Below, piece after piece: positions 60,071 through 64,000 of a DNA stretch of 64,000 nt (within the stretch, counting starts at the first letter, position 1; each line of letters opens with the position of its first letter). Origin of the DNA: Heptranchias perlo (lineage: Eukaryota); contig NC_090331.1 in NCBI RefSeq assembly GCF_035084215.1, forward strand, positions 54,870,001-54,934,000, written 5' to 3'. The notes under the pieces are model-generated. The model made no database searches. It was not told the DNA's origin and saw only the letters and a program-made list of their open reading frames with translations. The position numbers and the translations under genes were made by a program.

Positions 60071-63000
60071 CATGGCCTTTTCATGATTTCCCTTGTGAAT
60101 ATTTCACTGCATTCCGCTGCTAACTCGTCTCAAACCGTCTTTTCTATCAGTATCTCCCCTTGCCTGCTTTTGTCGTTGGTATTTGGCGCCAGCTGCTTGC
60201 AAAAAAGGACACTATCCTCTGTATTCGCGGTGTTCAGTCCTTTTCTGCACAACTATGAGGAAGTCATTCGACTCATGTCGGGACTTTGCAATCTGATCAC
60301 TCTCACAGACTTCTGACGTCTGCTTACAGTCTTTCATTTACCCTTCAATTCGCTTTACCTTTTTTTTTTAAAGTTATTTTATTAATCGAACAAGTACAAA
60401 TGGAATACAACATCCACCTGGTTACTCTTCTGGGGAAGCGCCCTGAAAGCGGTAAGTGCTGTGTTTTTCCCTGCTCTGCTGTTGGAGATCGCTGTGTTGT
60501 ACCTCGGATGCGACGGCGTTTGTTTCGTTGGTTGTGTTCTAGGTAGCTGTTTGGGAGGTCGAGGAACGTTCGACATAAATGAACAAACAACAAGACTGAT
60601 TTTAAAACGGCACCTTCTAACCAGGTCCAGGTGATCGATTGAATTCAAATAGTGGCTGTAGTGCAGATTAATTAAATATTTATTTTCCGCAATAAGACGG
60701 AGAGTTGCGATTCATGCCTATCTTTGATATGAAAGCTTCGCCACAAGGCAGCTGACATTTGTGGCCATGATCCACAGTGGAGATGAATCGGATTGCGTAA
60801 TTTACTCATGGGATGATGATTATTAGAATAATTATTATTACTAGTAGTACTGCTGTTGTTGTTGCGGTTATTTTGGGAACCGATGACCGATGAACTGCCG
60901 GTGTTTGTTGGCTTTACTCTGTTTTTGCAGATATGTGATTTTCCGCGCTATTGGGAATCTTGCAGACGAGGACATTGGTGGACTCTTTGGCTGTCTACTG
61001 AAAAGTTGTAGTGATGAATGATACACTTTGTGTTAATGATCCTAATAATTCAGTGCAGTAAAGATGAGCTTTAGCCACCCCAAGAAACGATCAGAATTTT
61101 GGGGAAATGTTTGGCTAACATTTGAATGATAATATTTCACTACGTGACAGTACTTTTTACAAATGAGAGGCACTCGTACAATAATTATCCTGCAGTCGAT
61201 ATCAGACTTGTGGTTTCAATATGCTAGTAATGAGTAGGGATTCAGTAAACGTTTCAAACACTGCACTTTTTGTCACAGTTGCAAATGGTTCGTCCATCTG
61301 ATGATTTATTTTCTGAAACAAGTTCTACCCAATTTGGATTGTACAGTTCACAAAAACCATAAGGTCTGCTTCCTGGGATTTTTTTAAAAATTGGGTACAA
61401 ACAGCCCCAACACCACGTTAGTGCTTTCACAATGCAAAGCGTAACTGTCACTAGAAAAACATCGGGCTCCTTTATTTCCCCTCTCACTTATTTCTCAATA
61501 TTAACTATTTAATCGCAACTCCTTGCTGCGGAAATATGCGCAGAACAAAGACATGCCAGTTACTGTTAACAAGAGATTAATTTATCCGTAAATATGTCTA
61601 TCATTTTTTTTGCCAAGGCAGTTGTTTGTATTTCCAGTGATTAAATACTCAGAGAGGATTGTTAATGATTTTTCTCACTTAACATCAGTGTTGAATAAGG
61701 GAGGTTCTGTTTTCACCCACTTGAAATTAATTATCATGTTTGCCGTTTGACGGTAAACTGATTCGTCATTCAGTCTCCAGATTATTTACTGAAAACAGAT
61801 AAAGTGACAATGTTTCACATTAGTTTGATTATCCATGTGGCGTATAATTATAGTGATGTTAATTCGCTATTAGCATCTGGTATATATTTACAAACGATTT
61901 TTTTTTTAAAAAAAACGTTGATCTACCTGCGCCTGTGTCTGTCGCATAGACCAACAGGTACATTGTCGAAATGAAACTCGGGCTGCTAAAAATAAGGTCA
62001 CAAAGTGTTCCTAGAACCAAATGAACGTTTAATGATATCGTAACATTTGCAACTAAGTCATTCTTTATCACAGCGTAAGTATGTCGATATTAATTGTCTA
62101 TTTTAGACAAGATCTACCAACAGAAGTGTATCCATACTAAGATTATATCAGATTGGAGAGACTGAAGTCCGTAGTATTATTTTGCTCTTTTGAGAAAGCA
62201 GTTTCATTTTCATCTCAAATTTCTCGCAGCAATTGCCATTAATTTTATAATATAATGTTTTAATATCATTTTCAATTCATCGTTTGGGTTCACTGCTATG
62301 TGTTTATGGCATATACAACAATTCTAATGCAGATATTATTAATGCAGCTTTTTTCGTCTCAGTTAAAACGCCAAACGAGATAAATATTTGTTTTAGATAT
62401 CTTTTTCGATAAACTAAAGCTGGTTACCCGGAGTTATGCGATAGCTACACTGTACGCGTTTTAGAATACAATGAAAGGCTGATTTGTGATTTCCTAGATG
62501 TTTTCCTCTTGACAAGCTCCAACTTAGTATAAACACATTAAAAAAAGAAACTGAACGGAAAAAAACAAGCCATCATTACAAATACAATCATCAGAAAACA
62601 CGTATTTGTAAATCTCAATGCGAGTGACAATTTTTAAAGTCGAATTATTTAATTTGTGTTCTTCAAGATCACATAGTCTTCATTTTTGCTAAAATTGCTT
62701 GACAGGGATACAATGTCCGTGTGTGTATGCGCATGCTGAATTACTGCAGGTATCCAGCGGTCTACTTGGAAGCTTTGCTCTGGAGAATTTTTTTCATAAT
62801 ACACCCTCTGCACCGACAATGCTCAAATATAATTTCCAAACAATTTCAACATAACAATAGCAAAATATTACAATTAATTATTTAATGGAAACAGCTTTTC
62901 AATTAACACCTGTGACAAAAGGTAATCTGATCACCTTCAACATTTAGCATTTTTAATTAACTATACTGCTTTTCCAATCCTTTTAACATGAATTTGTAAA

Positions 63001-64000
63001 TGTAAACAATTCTTAATCCAACAGATTTAATCTCGAGTTTAACGGGAATAATCCATTGTGATCCCAGAGACAGCTCGCTCCTCACAGGGTTGACAAACAA
63101 ACGAATTTCCAGACCGCGATCTTCATCTGAATTTATTACAAAGGCGAACGCACTGCAAAGTGAAAATCAATAAAAATTAATTGGTATGATTTGATCATTC
63201 CACAGTATGAACATGACCCACAATCGCGTCCAGTATAAGGGTTAAATGTTTAAATACTGGCTGTGCTGCTTCAAAAGTTTCAGGGATACAAAGGAGCAGT
63301 AGCCTAGAAAACATGTTTTATTTTCGCCATACTCAGTATTTGAAGCCATACTATTCAATCGAGTGTTCTGTAAGAGCGGCCTGAGTTGTTAGTACAGGAC
63401 AAAGCCAATATTTCTTCCACCGACTGTCAGGCGGCTGCCGCAAGGTTAGATTTACGAGCGTTAGACAGAGTCAGTTGGACTGTGTAGCAACTACGTTCTT
63501 AGCTTAGAATTACAAGAGGGGCACACAAATCAAGGTTCACAAAAGATAAATAAAACTAAACCCATTTCATCTAAAATATACTTGTTAAAATATTAAATTT
63601 TCTTGTATTTAAGCTTAGCGTATCGCAAGCTATAAGTTGTAATATATTATGTACTATCCAGCATCAGTGCAGAGTTATTATTTCAATCGAGGCCTATTCG
63701 ATTCTACACTGAAACTGTAATCCTGAAACCATCCCAATAACTCGAGATCTATGCAGTTTTACGTCTGTAGTTCGAACTCACGTGCTGATAATAGAGGACA
63801 GTTGGCCCTAATTATACAGTTCTTGACTGCATATTATTTTCTTTGGACTATGCCTTGATTTGAATTATTTTACAATACTTTAATTCCCCTGTTCTTAAAT
63901 GCTCTGGTGATAAGTATCAGGCAAAGAAACAAAAATAAATCAATTGTCCAGCGCTGTAAGACGACACAGTAAATACTGTAAATGTATTTCTGCCATAGTG

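Noticed and set aside
60500-64000. HoxD6 pseudogene or start of HoxD5
   Set aside because: No MSSYF-like start, YPWM or convincing homeobox remnant seen; a faint CTGGAG..TTT..AAT at about 62780 is not above chance.
1-64000. CRISPR arrays, tRNA/rRNA genes, prokaryotic operons or intact transposase/RT ORFs
   Set aside because: None seen; this is a spliced eukaryotic Hox locus, and the remaining short ORFs in the track look like chance ORFs.

Overview
AT-rich vertebrate genomic DNA containing the posterior (5') half of a HoxD cluster from a cartilaginous fish. An intact three-exon HoxD14 and shark-type repeats point to a shark; the species cannot be fixed from this window. Gene order: Evx2 (first 28 codons, minus strand, running off the left edge), then plus-strand HoxD14, D13, D12, D11, D10, D9 and D8. 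All were reconstructed with GT-AG junctions in consistent phase. Beyond the genes: (i) a decayed HoxD7 relic (promoter, 5'UTR, dead start codon, degenerate homeobox exon) at about 57.2-58.5 kb; (ii) an orphan CCAAT/E-box promoter with a spliceable phase-1 mini-exon at about 60 kb; (iii) a HoxD paralogue of the Hoxc8 early enhancer; (iv) a near-perfect miR-196 site in the HoxD8 3'UTR; (v) an out-of-frame uORF on HoxD10 resembling the HOXA10 N-terminal extension; (vi) a Penelope-type fragment with a minimal hammerhead ribozyme; (vii) two long palindromes; (viii) recurrent TCAAGGTCA (NR6A1/NR5A-type) sites. Comparisons with other species' sequences are from memory and need alignment to confirm.
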